This document shows positions 27,126-36,812 of a stretch of DNA of 48,087 nt, piece after piece. The notes beneath the pieces were generated by a model. It worked only from the letters and a program-made list of their open reading frames with translations. It was not told the DNA's origin and did not search any database. How positions within the stretch are numbered: position 1 is the first letter of the stretch; every line of letters begins with the position of its first letter. Made by a program: the position numbers and the translations under genes. Source of the DNA: Desulfobacterales bacterium (GTDB lineage Bacteria; Desulfobacterota; Desulfobacteria; Desulfobacterales; RPRI01). The stretch covers positions 1 to 48,087 of the forward strand of contig JAUYEO010000182.1 of NCBI GenBank assembly GCA_030689795.1, in the 5' to 3' direction.

Positions 27126-28627
27126 TGAAACCGGAAGATTTTCCAGATGAGATCCGGCCTTTCATAATACCGGAGCATAAAGGAAATCTTGTATATAGAT
27201 GCCTGGGGTGCGGCAGAGAATACGGTATTGAAAAGCTTTTATATACCTGCACCGATTGCAATAAAGTCCTCCTGCTTCATGATTTGAATTTTGACCTGTT
27301 AAAAAGAATCCCGGGTGAAAAATGGAAACGCATATTCGACTACCGCAGAATGACCAAAATTCCGGCTTTAAAAGGCATATATCTTTATCATGAATTTATC
27401 GGGCCGGTTATACCTCTTTCTTCTGTGATTTATCTTGGTGAAGGGAACACGCCCCTTATTGAGGCCAATTCGTTCCTGCAGGAAAAGGCCGGCCTGAGAT
27501 TTTTCTTCAAAAATGACGGTCAGAATCCAAGCGCTTCTTTCAAGGACAGGGGAATGGCCAGCGCATTGAGTTATATCAATTTTTTGGTCAAAGAAAAGCT
27601 TGTTTCGGATGTTCTTGCTATCTGCGCATCCACAGGCGATACTTCGGCATCAGCCGCTTTATATGCGTCTTATCTCCAGCCTCATATCAAGTCCGCGGTT
27701 ATTCTTCCGCACAAGAAAGTGACACCCCAGCAGCTTTCCCAGCCTTTGGGGAGCGGTGCTGCGGTTTTCGAAATTCCAGGCGTTTTTGACGACTGCATGA
27801 AGGTGGTTGAAAGTTTGTCCGAAAAATATAATGTTGCTCTCCTGAATTCAAAGAATGCATGGCGAATTCTCGGACAGGAATCTTATTCCTATGAGATTGC
27901 TCAGGATTTCGAGTATGATATGAACAACAAAGCCATATTTATCCCTATCGGAAACGCAGGAAACATCACGGCAGTATTAAATGGATTCATAAAATTTTAC
28001 GAGACAGGCATTATAGATGTTTTACCGAAAATAATCGGCGTCCAGTCAGAACATGCCAACCCGGTGTTCAATTACTACAGTGAACCGGATGCCAAAAAAC
28101 GCAAATTCGTTCCGGTAGATGTTAAGCCGAGTGTCGCTCAGGCTGCAATGATAGGCAACCCGGTTTCAATGCCAAGAGTAATCCATCTTGTTGACACTTA
28201 CAACCGCCTTGCAGGAAAAGAAATTGTCTTTTTCGTAGAGGTAAAGGAACAGTCCATAATGGACTGGCAAATTACAGCAAACCGCAATGGGCATATCGCA
28301 TGTACGCATGGAGGTGAATGCCTTGCCGGACTTGCCGTTGCGGTTACATCCGGTTTGGTCTCTTCAAAAGAGACAGCCGTATTGGATTCAACAGCCCATG
28401 CTCTTAAATTTTCAGGATTCCAGGAAATGTATTTTGAAAATACGTTTCCTGCCGGCTATGAGGTCCTGCCGGACAAATCGCTGATTAATTTTCCGGTTTT
28501 GATACACCCTGAAGATCTGGATAAAGTTCCGGTCCCCGGAAAACCATTGGCAGAAAACGATTTGAATATATTTGTAAAACGTGTTTCAGATGAAATTGCC
28601 GGTCTGCTTGATCTTAAAAAAAGATAA
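27125..28627 (+). CDS. thrC: Threonine synthase
   Basis: LGEGNTPL, NPSASFKDRG (PLP lysine), CASTGDTS, PIGNAGN, TAHALKF. Confidence 0.93.
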
Positions 28628-28634
28628 CCATTCA

Positions 28635-28808
28635 GCCACAGATTCACACAGATGAACACAGATAGATTTAAATACAAAGAATAACAGATATTGAAGTTGG
28701 CTTATTATTGAATTTTGGCAGAAAATCAGAATTCAAAAGATTTGTGTATGATAATAAAAGAAAAAATATCAGTCCGCCAATCAGTGTGGCGGAGCGTAGA
28801 TCTGTGGC
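28635..28808 (+). pseudogene. Internally deleted GxxExxY-family gene with flanking CACAGAT repeats
   Basis: MNTDRFKYKE joined out of frame to TDIEVGLLLNFGRKSEFKRFVYDNKRK; bounded by GCCACAGAT...ATCTGTGGC. Confidence 0.7.
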
Positions 28809-28857
28809 AGAGTGATTACAAAAAAAGATGAACATATGGCAGCTTAGAGGAAAAAAG

Positions 28858-29622
28858 ATGAATAAAAAATGGCTTTGTTATACCGGATTTGTTTTTTTTA
28901 TATTCGCCCTCGCTTCATGCGCAGACATTGAATTGTTAAAAAAACAGGAAGAAGCTGGTAGGCTTGTCGGAGAAGCCTACATGAGTCAAAATGATTACAC
29001 CGCAGCTCTTAACGAACTTCTGAAAGCTGAAAGAACCTATACCAAGGATCCTCATCTTCATAATGATCTCGGTCTTGTCTACATGGCAAAAGATCAGCTC
29101 CTTCTGGCAATTGAGCACTTTATAAAGGCAGTTGAGCTTAAACCTGATTATGCTCCTGCCAGAAACAATCTCGGAACGGCATATCTTGCAATGAAAAACT
29201 GGGATTCGGCAATCATTTGTTTTAAAGAAGTCTCAAAAGATCTTCTGTATGCAACACCACATTATCCCCTGACTAATCTCGGATGGGCATATTACAACAA
29301 AAAAGAATTTGCTTTGGCCGAACAGTTTTACAGGGAAGCATTAAAGATTGATCCGAATTATCCGATTGCGTTACGCGGATTGGGACTTACTTATCTTGCA
29401 ATCGGAAAACCGCGTGATGCGGTTAATTTTTTTGAAAAAGCGGCAAAATATTCCCGCTTTCCCGAACTTTTCCATGACCTTGCCGGAACTTATGCGATTT
29501 TAAAGGAATATAATAAGGCCGTATTATTTTACAGAAAAGTCATTGATATTGCGCCTGAAAGTCAGTTGGCTGTTGAAGCACGAAAGGAAATTGCACGGAT
29601 ACAAAAAGAACACCTGAAATAG
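28858..29622 (+). CDS. pilF: TPR lipoprotein, PilF/PilW/Tgl-like secretin pilotin
   Basis: Lipobox LASC; TPR repeats with ARNNLGTAYL and LLYATPHYPLTNLG; adjacent to pilQ. Confidence 0.8.
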   Translation: MNKKWLCYTGFVFFIFALASCADIELLKKQEEAGRLVGEAYMSQNDYTAALNELLKAERTYTKDPHLHNDLGLVYMAKDQLLLAIEHFIKAVELKPDYAPARNNLGTAYLAMKNWDSAIICFKEVSKDLLYATPHYPLTNLGWAYYNKKEFALAEQFYREALKIDPNYPIALRGLGLTYLAIGKPRDAVNFFEKAAKYSRFPELFHDLAGTYAILKEYNKAVLFYRKVIDIAPESQLAVEARKEIARIQKEHLK

Positions 29623-29624
29623 AA

Positions 29625-29652
29625 CTTCACTCCCGTTTTCACGGGAGTGAAG
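29625..29652. terminator. Perfect hairpin between convergent pilF and pilQ (terminator or REP-like)
   Basis: CTTCACTCCCGT-TTTC-ACGGGAGTGAAG, 12-bp stem; no clear U-tract. Confidence 0.6.
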
Positions 29653-29678
29653 GGATTGAATCTCCCCGCCGTTTCGGT

Positions 29679-32534
29679 TCATGAAGCGCTGCGCTGCTCA
29701 AGGAGAACTATCTTCGGGGTTATGAAGATAAGAAGTTCTTCCTTGTTGTCGGTTTTTGAGTCTGCCTTGAAGAGCCATCCGAGTATCGGAATCATCGACA
29801 ACCCGGGAACCCCTGAGCCGCCTGAGCTCTTTGTTGTCTTAATGATGCCGCCGATTACGACCGTTTCCCCGTCATTAATGAGGAGTTCGGTTTCAGCTTC
29901 CTTTGTTGTAAAGGATTGCTGACCGCTTATTATATTCCCAAGGTCCCTTTTTTTGATCTTAATCACCATGGAAATCCGGTTATCAGGAGTAACATGCGGT
30001 TTTACCTTCAGCTCGAGGTCTACATCTTCAAACACCGTTGTCGTGTTGCCGGAAGTATCAAGCTTGTTATAGGGATAACGCAACCCCTGCTTTATTGTAG
30101 CCTCCTTGTTGTCAAGGGTAACTATTTTGGGCGCAGATACTATTTTACCTTCTCCCTGGGCTTCCATTGCCTGAAGCTTTGCATTCAGCAGAAAAGGTGT
30201 TCCGGCAATTCTTCCGAAATTAAAGCCTATGCTTGCCTTGTCAGAAGATGCCGGAAAATTAATAGCCGTATTCACGCCGTATGTTCCGCCAATATCGTTC
30301 AAACCCCTCTGAGGGCCGACTCCTACCCTGTCATCAATCGAAGAAACAACTCCGTATGTGCCGGCTATAAGACTTGTCGGCTGAATACCGATTCCCGATC
30401 CCCATGATGTGCCGATTTCTCTGGAAAAATTGGTGCTTGCTTCGACTATTCTTGCTTCTATGATTACCTGGGGAGTCACCCTGTCAAGTTTTTTTACAAT
30501 TTCCTTTGCCTGCTTTATAACATCAGCCACATCCGTAATTATTATAAGGTTTGTCCTCTCATCTACACTGATATTGCCCCTGTCCTTGGTTTTTATCTTG
30601 TCCAGGTGCGGCAATATCTCCGACTTGGCGTTGGAATAATTGATCGGAATATATTCAACCACCAGCTCTTCCAGCGCTTTTTGCTGTTCCTTTGATTTTT
30701 GATCTGCCAAAATCCTTGCTTGCCGTAACTCATCTTCTTTTTTAATTGCTTCTATCGGAGCAATCCGGACTATATCACCTTCATAAATCATTCCAAGCTG
30801 ATTCATTTTAAGCACAAGATCGAGAACCTGGTCCCATGGAACAGGCTTTTCCAGCGACAATGTGACTTTGCCGGTTACGCTTTTATCAATTGCAAAATTT
30901 TTCCCGCTGACCTCCCTTAAGATACGAAACACATTCTTGATATCAGTATCAAAGAAATCAAGCGCTATTTTTTCTCCCGTATATTGTTTTCCTGGCTCAA
31001 GAAGAGTCTTTTTAGTTTCTGCAACCTGCTTTGCAACCGGTTCTTTTGTTTCAGTTTCAACCGGCTCAACAGCTACACTGGTAAGAACTTCTTTCCAATC
31101 CGGGAGACCGGCCTCTTTTTCCGGTTTCGGCAAAACTGAAGAAGCTTCAAAATGAACCGTCAGAAGGGTGTCCGACTGTTCAACCACGTAAGGAACCGCT
31201 TCTCTCAGCTCGATTGCAACTATAGATGTATTTTTCATAACAGGCTTCAGAAGAGGTGTGATTCTGTCTACAGCGCTGTTAAAGCGCGTCGTAATAATCG
31301 GTCTCTTCTGATTTACCGGAATACTGGTATTGTTCAGCTGGAGGTGGAGCAATTTTTCCGCTGCTTTTTTTACGTTATATTCTACCGGCCTCGTAGTTCC
31401 TATGGTTATCGTTGATTTACCGGATTCTTCGCTCGAAAAATCAATTTTGTTGACCCATGCAGGTTTTGAATCCGTAACTACAGGTTTTTTCTTCAAAACA
31501 TCCGAAACCGGCTTAAGATCGGCTGATACCGGCTGTTCTGCGATTTTTTTAGTCGAGGCTAAAGGTTCTTTTTGCCTGACCGGCGGCTGAGAGCTTATCT
31601 CTGAAGTCTTTATCTCCGCAGGCCCAACATTAATCAATAGTCCGTTTGAAACAGGTTTGGCTGAGAAGGATTTTAAATATTTATTTTTTGTATCCAATAC
31701 GATACGGATTTTATCGGCAGATGAGTAATGCCGAACTTTGCTTACCCATTCTGTATTTGCCTTGACAATTTGCTCCTTTTTTAAAGGGCTTTTTACATTG
31801 ATAATGTCAAAAACAATTCGTGCCGGAAGCTTGGGTGTACTTTCAAGTGTTAATGATTGAAAATCCTTTATCATTCCATCCGCTCTTACCGCTACTACAA
31901 CACCGTTGCCGGATTTTTCCACCCCAACAGATTCGAGCCGGGTTGCAACTTTTGGAGCATCTGCGACAGGCTTCAGATCTTTCTGAATAATTTCAGCTTT
32001 TTTCTCTACATTTTTCTTTTCGGCTTTCTTTTCATAAACAGGTACTGAAGTTACAGCGGTTTTTTCAGGAACCGGGGGTTCTTCCGGTTTTGAAAAACTG
32101 ATTTTGAGCCCCGAATTTTCATCTGCAACCAGATACGGAATATCTTTTTTCAGTAAAACAAGAATTCGTGCCGTATGCCCCGTTTCGGTCATCTCGGATA
32201 TTTTTATTTCAGATATTATTCCACTGTCAGGTTTATAGGATGTCTCAATACTGCCCAAAAGTGTTTCCGGCAGATAGAACAGTATTCCCAAAGGAGAATA
32301 CTGTTTAACCGAGGTATATGTCAATTGCCGGGTTCCTTGAATAAAAACATTCGCTGACTGCCTATCCTCAGTTGTAATTATCCCTGTAATAACTGCAGCA
32401 CTCTGATCTTTTTGCTGCGCATGACTATCAAAGGCAAATCCTGCAAACAAAGAAACGAGAATGACAAAAAAAACGGTTGCCAAACGAACTTTTAATAATT
32501 TCAATTGGTCATAATTCATATTATTCTTCTCCAA
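29679..32534 (-). CDS. pilQ: Type IV pilus secretin with multiple N-terminal AMIN-like domains
   Basis: YTGEKIALDFFDTDI, VDERTN, QVIIEARIVEA, LKVKPHVT, GVPGLSMIPILGWLFK, ELLIFITPKI. Confidence 0.96.
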   Translation of the reverse strand: MEKNNMNYDQLKLLKVRLATVFFVILVSLFAGFAFDSHAQQKDQSAAVITGIITTEDRQSANVFIQGTRQLTYTSVKQYSPLGILFYLPETLLGSIETSYKPDSGIISEIKISEMTETGHTARILVLLKKDIPYLVADENSGLKISFSKPEEPPVPEKTAVTSVPVYEKKAEKKNVEKKAEIIQKDLKPVADAPKVATRLESVGVEKSGNGVVVAVRADGMIKDFQSLTLESTPKLPARIVFDIINVKSPLKKEQIVKANTEWVSKVRHYSSADKIRIVLDTKNKYLKSFSAKPVSNGLLINVGPAEIKTSEISSQPPVRQKEPLASTKKIAEQPVSADLKPVSDVLKKKPVVTDSKPAWVNKIDFSSEESGKSTITIGTTRPVEYNVKKAAEKLLHLQLNNTSIPVNQKRPIITTRFNSAVDRITPLLKPVMKNTSIVAIELREAVPYVVEQSDTLLTVHFEASSVLPKPEKEAGLPDWKEVLTSVAVEPVETETKEPVAKQVAETKKTLLEPGKQYTGEKIALDFFDTDIKNVFRILREVSGKNFAIDKSVTGKVTLSLEKPVPWDQVLDLVLKMNQLGMIYEGDIVRIAPIEAIKKEDELRQARILADQKSKEQQKALEELVVEYIPINYSNAKSEILPHLDKIKTKDRGNISVDERTNLIIITDVADVIKQAKEIVKKLDRVTPQVIIEARIVEASTNFSREIGTSWGSGIGIQPTSLIAGTYGVVSSIDDRVGVGPQRGLNDIGGTYGVNTAINFPASSDKASIGFNFGRIAGTPFLLNAKLQAMEAQGEGKIVSAPKIVTLDNKEATIKQGLRYPYNKLDTSGNTTTVFEDVDLELKVKPHVTPDNRISMVIKIKKRDLGNIISGQQSFTTKEAETELLINDGETVVIGGIIKTTKSSGGSGVPGLSMIPILGWLFKADSKTDNKEELLIFITPKIVLLEQRSAS

Positions 32535-33285
32535 GAGGTTTCTGAAGTTTAAGTTCTCTTTCTTGGATAATTCTCTTCCCCATAATATTTTCAGCTTCTT
32601 CCTCTATAATTATGCTGTCTTTTAATATCTTAACCACCCTTCCGGAATTAATTCCCATGTAACTCCCTTTCGCAACAATATATCCTTTGCCTGAAGCTTC
32701 TTCTACAAGAGCTTTATTTCCGCTCTTGGCATGCATTATTGCCACAAGTTTCAATTGACCCAGATCAACCATTTCCAGGGGAGTCCTCGGAATGCGCCTT
32801 TCCTTGTTTTGTTTCTCAGGGCCGGAAGTAACCCCTTCCTTAAATAAAGGGGCAAACGGATCTATTTTCCCTTCAGGATTATAACCAACCATTCCTTGAG
32901 GCTGCATCATTGCGATTTCTGTTTGAGAGACTGAAGCAATTAATTGCTCCGCCGGAGAAGGAACCCCGGTTTGAACCCCGGTTATTGAAGCACCTGCTTT
33001 CTGTTTATCGGCCTTTCCCACAGAATCCGGTTTTACCTTATCAGCAGTAGGCGTTTCACCTGGAACAGGTGCTGCCGGCTGCTGAGAAGAAGCCGTCGGT
33101 TTTTCCGCTTCGACAGCAGGAGCTTGCGTTTGAGCCGGTACAGATACTGCGTTGCTCTTTGCAACTATCTTCTTGCTGACAGCAACGGCTTTAGGCGATT
33201 CCTTTTTATCGCCGCATCCAATTATCAATTGAATCAGGCATAAAATACATATTGAAATATTAATTTTTGTCAGATGTTTATCCAT
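32521..33285 (-). CDS. pilP: Type IV pilus lipoprotein PilP
   Basis: Lipobox IIGC; YNPEGKIDPF, TPLEMVDLGQLKLVAI; operon position. Confidence 0.92.
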   Translation of the reverse strand: MDKHLTKINISICILCLIQLIIGCGDKKESPKAVAVSKKIVAKSNAVSVPAQTQAPAVEAEKPTASSQQPAAPVPGETPTADKVKPDSVGKADKQKAGASITGVQTGVPSPAEQLIASVSQTEIAMMQPQGMVGYNPEGKIDPFAPLFKEGVTSGPEKQNKERRIPRTPLEMVDLGQLKLVAIMHAKSGNKALVEEASGKGYIVAKGSYMGINSGRVVKILKDSIIIEEEAENIMGKRIIQERELKLQKPLGEE

Positions 33286-33952
33286 GCTTACCGGGCTTTG
33301 TTGCAGCTATTTTCTTTTTTGCGGCTCCCTTTTTACCTTTATCGGCAGGTGCGGCAGCCTTGGCATCTAAAAATTTATAAGTCACAGCTGTACACGCTGT
33401 AATAAGTTCATTATTCTTTTTTGCCGGATCGGGTTTCATATTGATATCTTGAATATTGACGATTCTTGGAAGTCGTGCCACTTTGTCAAAGAAAAGAGCG
33501 ACATTATGATACTTGCCGGATATTTGTATTGACACTGGAATTTCAGCATAAAAACTTTTATTCTGTTCATTTCCAGGCTGGAACAATACAAATTCAAGTC
33601 CGGCATCCTGCCCGGAAAGAGATATGCCTTCAAGAAGAGTCGGAATCTCCTTTGTTTCAGGAAGAGCTTTCATAACTACTTTCAGTTGCGATTCCGCATT
33701 ATTCATCTCTTCCTTTATTTTAGGCAGGTTTTTTGCGGTATTTTTGGCAGCAGAAAGTTTCTTTTCCAATTCTTCATGCTCTGAGCCCAGAGTCTGTATC
33801 TCCTGCATTTTTGGGAAAAATAAAAAATAACCAAAAACACCTATTGCAAGCATTAAGATGCCGCAAAAAACGAGAATCCTTTGTATCTTTGAAAGTTTTT
33901 CAAGCTTTTCAAATACAGGGGCAATTGATTTTGAGAGGCTCTTCTTTTCCAT
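33278..33952 (-). CDS. pilO: Type IV pilus protein PilO
   Basis: TM then coiled coil; LPETKEIPTLL, FYAEIPV, GKYHNV, LPRIVNI. Confidence 0.94.
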   Translation of the reverse strand: MEKKSLSKSIAPVFEKLEKLSKIQRILVFCGILMLAIGVFGYFLFFPKMQEIQTLGSEHEELEKKLSAAKNTAKNLPKIKEEMNNAESQLKVVMKALPETKEIPTLLEGISLSGQDAGLEFVLFQPGNEQNKSFYAEIPVSIQISGKYHNVALFFDKVARLPRIVNIQDINMKPDPAKKNNELITACTAVTYKFLDAKAAAPADKGKKGAAKKKIAATKPGKHG

Positions 33953-34560
33953 TATTGTTTTGCCTTACTTTTTGCTGCTTTCTTATCTGCTTTCTTTTCC
34001 TCTTTCTTTTCCTCTTTTTTCACTGGTTTGCTGCATGATATGTCAAAACTCTTAAAAATCGCCTTGTTGACCACATTTTGTTTCAATGTTTTTAAATTGA
34101 CTGTTTCGAAAAGCTCCGATCTTTCGAGACGTGTCATAAAATCAGCGACAGTCTGATTGTCTACCGCAATACCAGAAATATTTACGGAATTTCCCCTTCC
34201 ATCTAAACTGACAAACCACATCCGCTTTGGAATAACAAGGCTTGTCATTGCATCCATAAGCCTTACAGGTTCATAGCGATTGGTTTCAAGAGTTTTAATA
34301 ACATCCATTTTAGCGTTAAGGACTTCAAGCTTTCCCTTAATCTCCTTGATCTCATTATTAATTTTTTCGTATTTTTCATTTTCGGTCTTTGAAGTTTCAA
34401 CTTTTGATTTTATCTCTTTAAGCTGACCGCTTAACTTAATATTATAATAAATCAAAAGGATAAAAACCAGGAACAAAGAGGTAATCAGTATTGATAACTG
34501 ACGGCGAACATTCTCTTTTTTTCTTGCGGTACGAAAAGGCAGAAGATTAATTTTTATCAT
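33952..34560 (-). CDS. pilN: Type IV pilus protein PilN
   Basis: MIKINLLP N-terminal motif, TM, coiled coil, VADFMTRLE. Confidence 0.94.
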   Translation of the reverse strand: MIKINLLPFRTARKKENVRRQLSILITSLFLVFILLIYYNIKLSGQLKEIKSKVETSKTENEKYEKINNEIKEIKGKLEVLNAKMDVIKTLETNRYEPVRLMDAMTSLVIPKRMWFVSLDGRGNSVNISGIAVDNQTVADFMTRLERSELFETVNLKTLKQNVVNKAIFKSFDISCSKPVKKEEKKEEKKADKKAAKSKAKQ

Positions 34561-35609
34561 TTATCATCAACCCTTCTAAGTGCCAAGCCTGTACATATAG
34601 CGGCCTGAGAAGCAATTTTTTCAAGGTATGAAGAATCAAGATTATCGGCCACTTCTAACTTGTTAAACGGATTAATTATTTCCACTTCAGCTGAAGCTTC
34701 TGCAGCTAGTAGCTGGCGAAATTCCTTTATATTGGCGCCACCGCCGCTTAATATTATTTTTGTTATGGTATCATCAGGATATGTGGAATAAAAAAAGTCG
34801 AGCGCGCGTTTGATTTCTGCACACCAGTCCGATACAACCGAAGAAACTATGTCATTTAAATCTTCAGGAGAAATTTTTTCATTCTGGCCGCCAAATTTCA
34901 TTTGTTCGGCTTCTTCTAAAGAGCATCCCGAAAGAGAAACGATTTTTTGATTTATCTGCCCGCACCCCAGAGAGACATCTCTCATAAACAAGGAAGAAAG
35001 ACCTTTTAAGATATTCAATGATGTTTTACCTGCTCCGATATCAATTAAAGCAATTGTTTCATCTTTTGCATCATAACTGAATTCAAATATATTTTGCAAA
35101 GCAAAGGCTTCCACATCAATTATGCATGGATTAAGGCCGGCCATATGAACAAGGTTAATATATTCACTTACCATTTCCTTTTTTGCGGCAACAAGGAAAA
35201 CACTCATCTGATTTGGATTATTTTCATTCTCCCCGAGAATTTGAAAGTCAAGATTCACATCGCTTATGTCAAAAGGGATATATTGCTCTGCCTCGAACTG
35301 GATAGTCTCCTGCAGCTTGCTCTCATCCATTGTCTGAACATTAATTTTCTTTACAATAACAGAAAATCCGCCTATCGATACTGCAACATTTTGTTCCTTT
35401 AATTTGTTTGCTTTGAAGAGCTGGCGGATATAATCTGCAACAGACTCATGGTCATTAATTGTGCCATCTTCAATTAACCCGGGGGGAATATCGAGCATGC
35501 CGATTTTTTTCAGGCGGCGCCCTTTTTTCGTATCAACAATTTCGCATGCCTTAAGGGTTCTTGACCCGATATCCAAGCCTATAAGATGATTTTTACTGCC
35601 AAATGCCAT
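34557..35609 (-). CDS. pilM: Type IV pilus protein PilM
   Basis: IGLDIGS, EAEQYIPF, LIDIGA, ILSGGGA actin-like motifs. Confidence 0.96.
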   Translation of the reverse strand: MAFGSKNHLIGLDIGSRTLKACEIVDTKKGRRLKKIGMLDIPPGLIEDGTINDHESVADYIRQLFKANKLKEQNVAVSIGGFSVIVKKINVQTMDESKLQETIQFEAEQYIPFDISDVNLDFQILGENENNPNQMSVFLVAAKKEMVSEYINLVHMAGLNPCIIDVEAFALQNIFEFSYDAKDETIALIDIGAGKTSLNILKGLSSLFMRDVSLGCGQINQKIVSLSGCSLEEAEQMKFGGQNEKISPEDLNDIVSSVVSDWCAEIKRALDFFYSTYPDDTITKIILSGGGANIKEFRQLLAAEASAEVEIINPFNKLEVADNLDSSYLEKIASQAAICTGLALRRVDDK

Positions 35610-35618
35610 GAGAAACTC

Positions 35619-35816
35619 TCAATCGCCAAATATTTTGTCTTTATCCGAAAGATTAAAACCCATAGCCAGTATAATCTTCCGTCTCGTCTCCATCCGACAA
35701 GGCATACCATCTTCGATCCGCGAAATGGTAATTGGAGACACATTTGCCTCTCTAGCAAGTTCAGCCTTGCTCATCATAAGAGATTCTCTGATTTTTTTTA
35801 AAGAATTCTTTCCCAT
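35619..35816 (-). CDS. Small XRE-family HTH regulator heading the pilM operon
   Basis: LKKIRESLMMSKAELAREANVSPITISRIE; 9 nt from the pilM start. Confidence 0.88.
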   Translation of the reverse strand: MGKNSLKKIRESLMMSKAELAREANVSPITISRIEDGMPCRMETRRKIILAMGFNLSDKDKIFGD

Positions 35817-35878
35817 TAATCAGACATCCTGTTAACTTTTTTGAAAAGTAACTGATTTTTACAAAAAGATTGTTCTAT

Positions 35879-35906
35879 AGGTTACAGTTTATTTTATATA
35901 TGTCAA
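35879..35906 (-). promoter_or_regulatory. Putative sigma70 promoter of HTH-pilMNOPQ
   Basis: Minus strand TTGACA-N16-TAACCT. Confidence 0.5.
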
Positions 35907-35942
35907 GCAAAATTTATATAATTTATATATAATTATATCTAT

Positions 35943-35989
35943 ATACATCATATTGTATTTCTTTGTTGCTTCATTACAATATATTGTAT
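35943..35989. promoter_or_regulatory. Tandem NrdR-box-like palindromes
   Basis: ACATCATATTGT (35945) and ACAATATATTGT (35976), 31 bp apart; the NrdR core consensus is ACWATATATWGT. Confidence 0.55.
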
Positions 35990-36015
35990 GGTAAAATCAT
36001 TACTTTCTTTTACAG

Positions 36016-36687
36016 TTAATATTTTAATTTATTTAAAGCACCCAGTATGGGCTGTGCCTTTCCCCTGTGTTCGGGAGGAATCATAAGTATTTTCAAAGGA
36101 TGATTTTTTATAAGGACAGATGATGGATTGATCATTTTTGATGATAAAAGATTTTCAGCATTTTCCAAAAAAAGCAAAACATCCGTCAGGTTGCCGGAAA
36201 ACCCTCCTGCATCAACATGCTCTATTACCTGCAAGAAAATATTATTCACAGTCAGCACAAAATCATCAACTGTTGCGCTTCCGCTTTCCGCACAGTTTTG
36301 CTTAGAAACAAAGCACCTGCATCCAAAAGGCCTCTCATTATATACCGAGCATTCATTAGCAATTAATAAGGGGCATTCACCCGGAAAGGCGTTATCTTCT
36401 TCGGGAACCACTCCCTCTTCCCGGGAGAGCTCTGCAAGCATGTTAACCGTTTCCCGAGGCCGGAATCTTTGCGTGGATGAAGCGCGTCTTATTTTCTCAA
36501 ATAAATACCTTTTTTCTTCCGGCATAAGACTTTCGGCTATTTTAAATCCCTCAAGGGTTGTTATCGTGACATTTACCGTGCAGCATAATGAACAATATCT
36601 CCTGCACACAATATCAAGGGTTGCTGCAAAATCACCGTAAATCCTGTAAATTTTTTCAAGCACCGCAAGCTTTGAATTCAAATCCAT
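36016..36687 (-). CDS. YkgJ-like cysteine-cluster (CxxxCxxCC) protein
   Basis: VCRRYCSLCC, CPLL...CSVYNERPFGCR. Confidence 0.8.
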   Translation of the reverse strand: MDLNSKLAVLEKIYRIYGDFAATLDIVCRRYCSLCCTVNVTITTLEGFKIAESLMPEEKRYLFEKIRRASSTQRFRPRETVNMLAELSREEGVVPEEDNAFPGECPLLIANECSVYNERPFGCRCFVSKQNCAESGSATVDDFVLTVNNIFLQVIEHVDAGGFSGNLTDVLLFLENAENLLSSKMINPSSVLIKNHPLKILMIPPEHRGKAQPILGALNKLKY

Positions 36688-36812
36688 TTTCTTTCCCCGG
36701 AAAATATATATCAAAATATTTCAAACGTCTTGACTTAAATCCGCCCGGTCGTTATTTTCATAAAAAACCCGAAAGCCAAATCATTTCAACATTTCCATAA
36801 CGGGGGTATATC

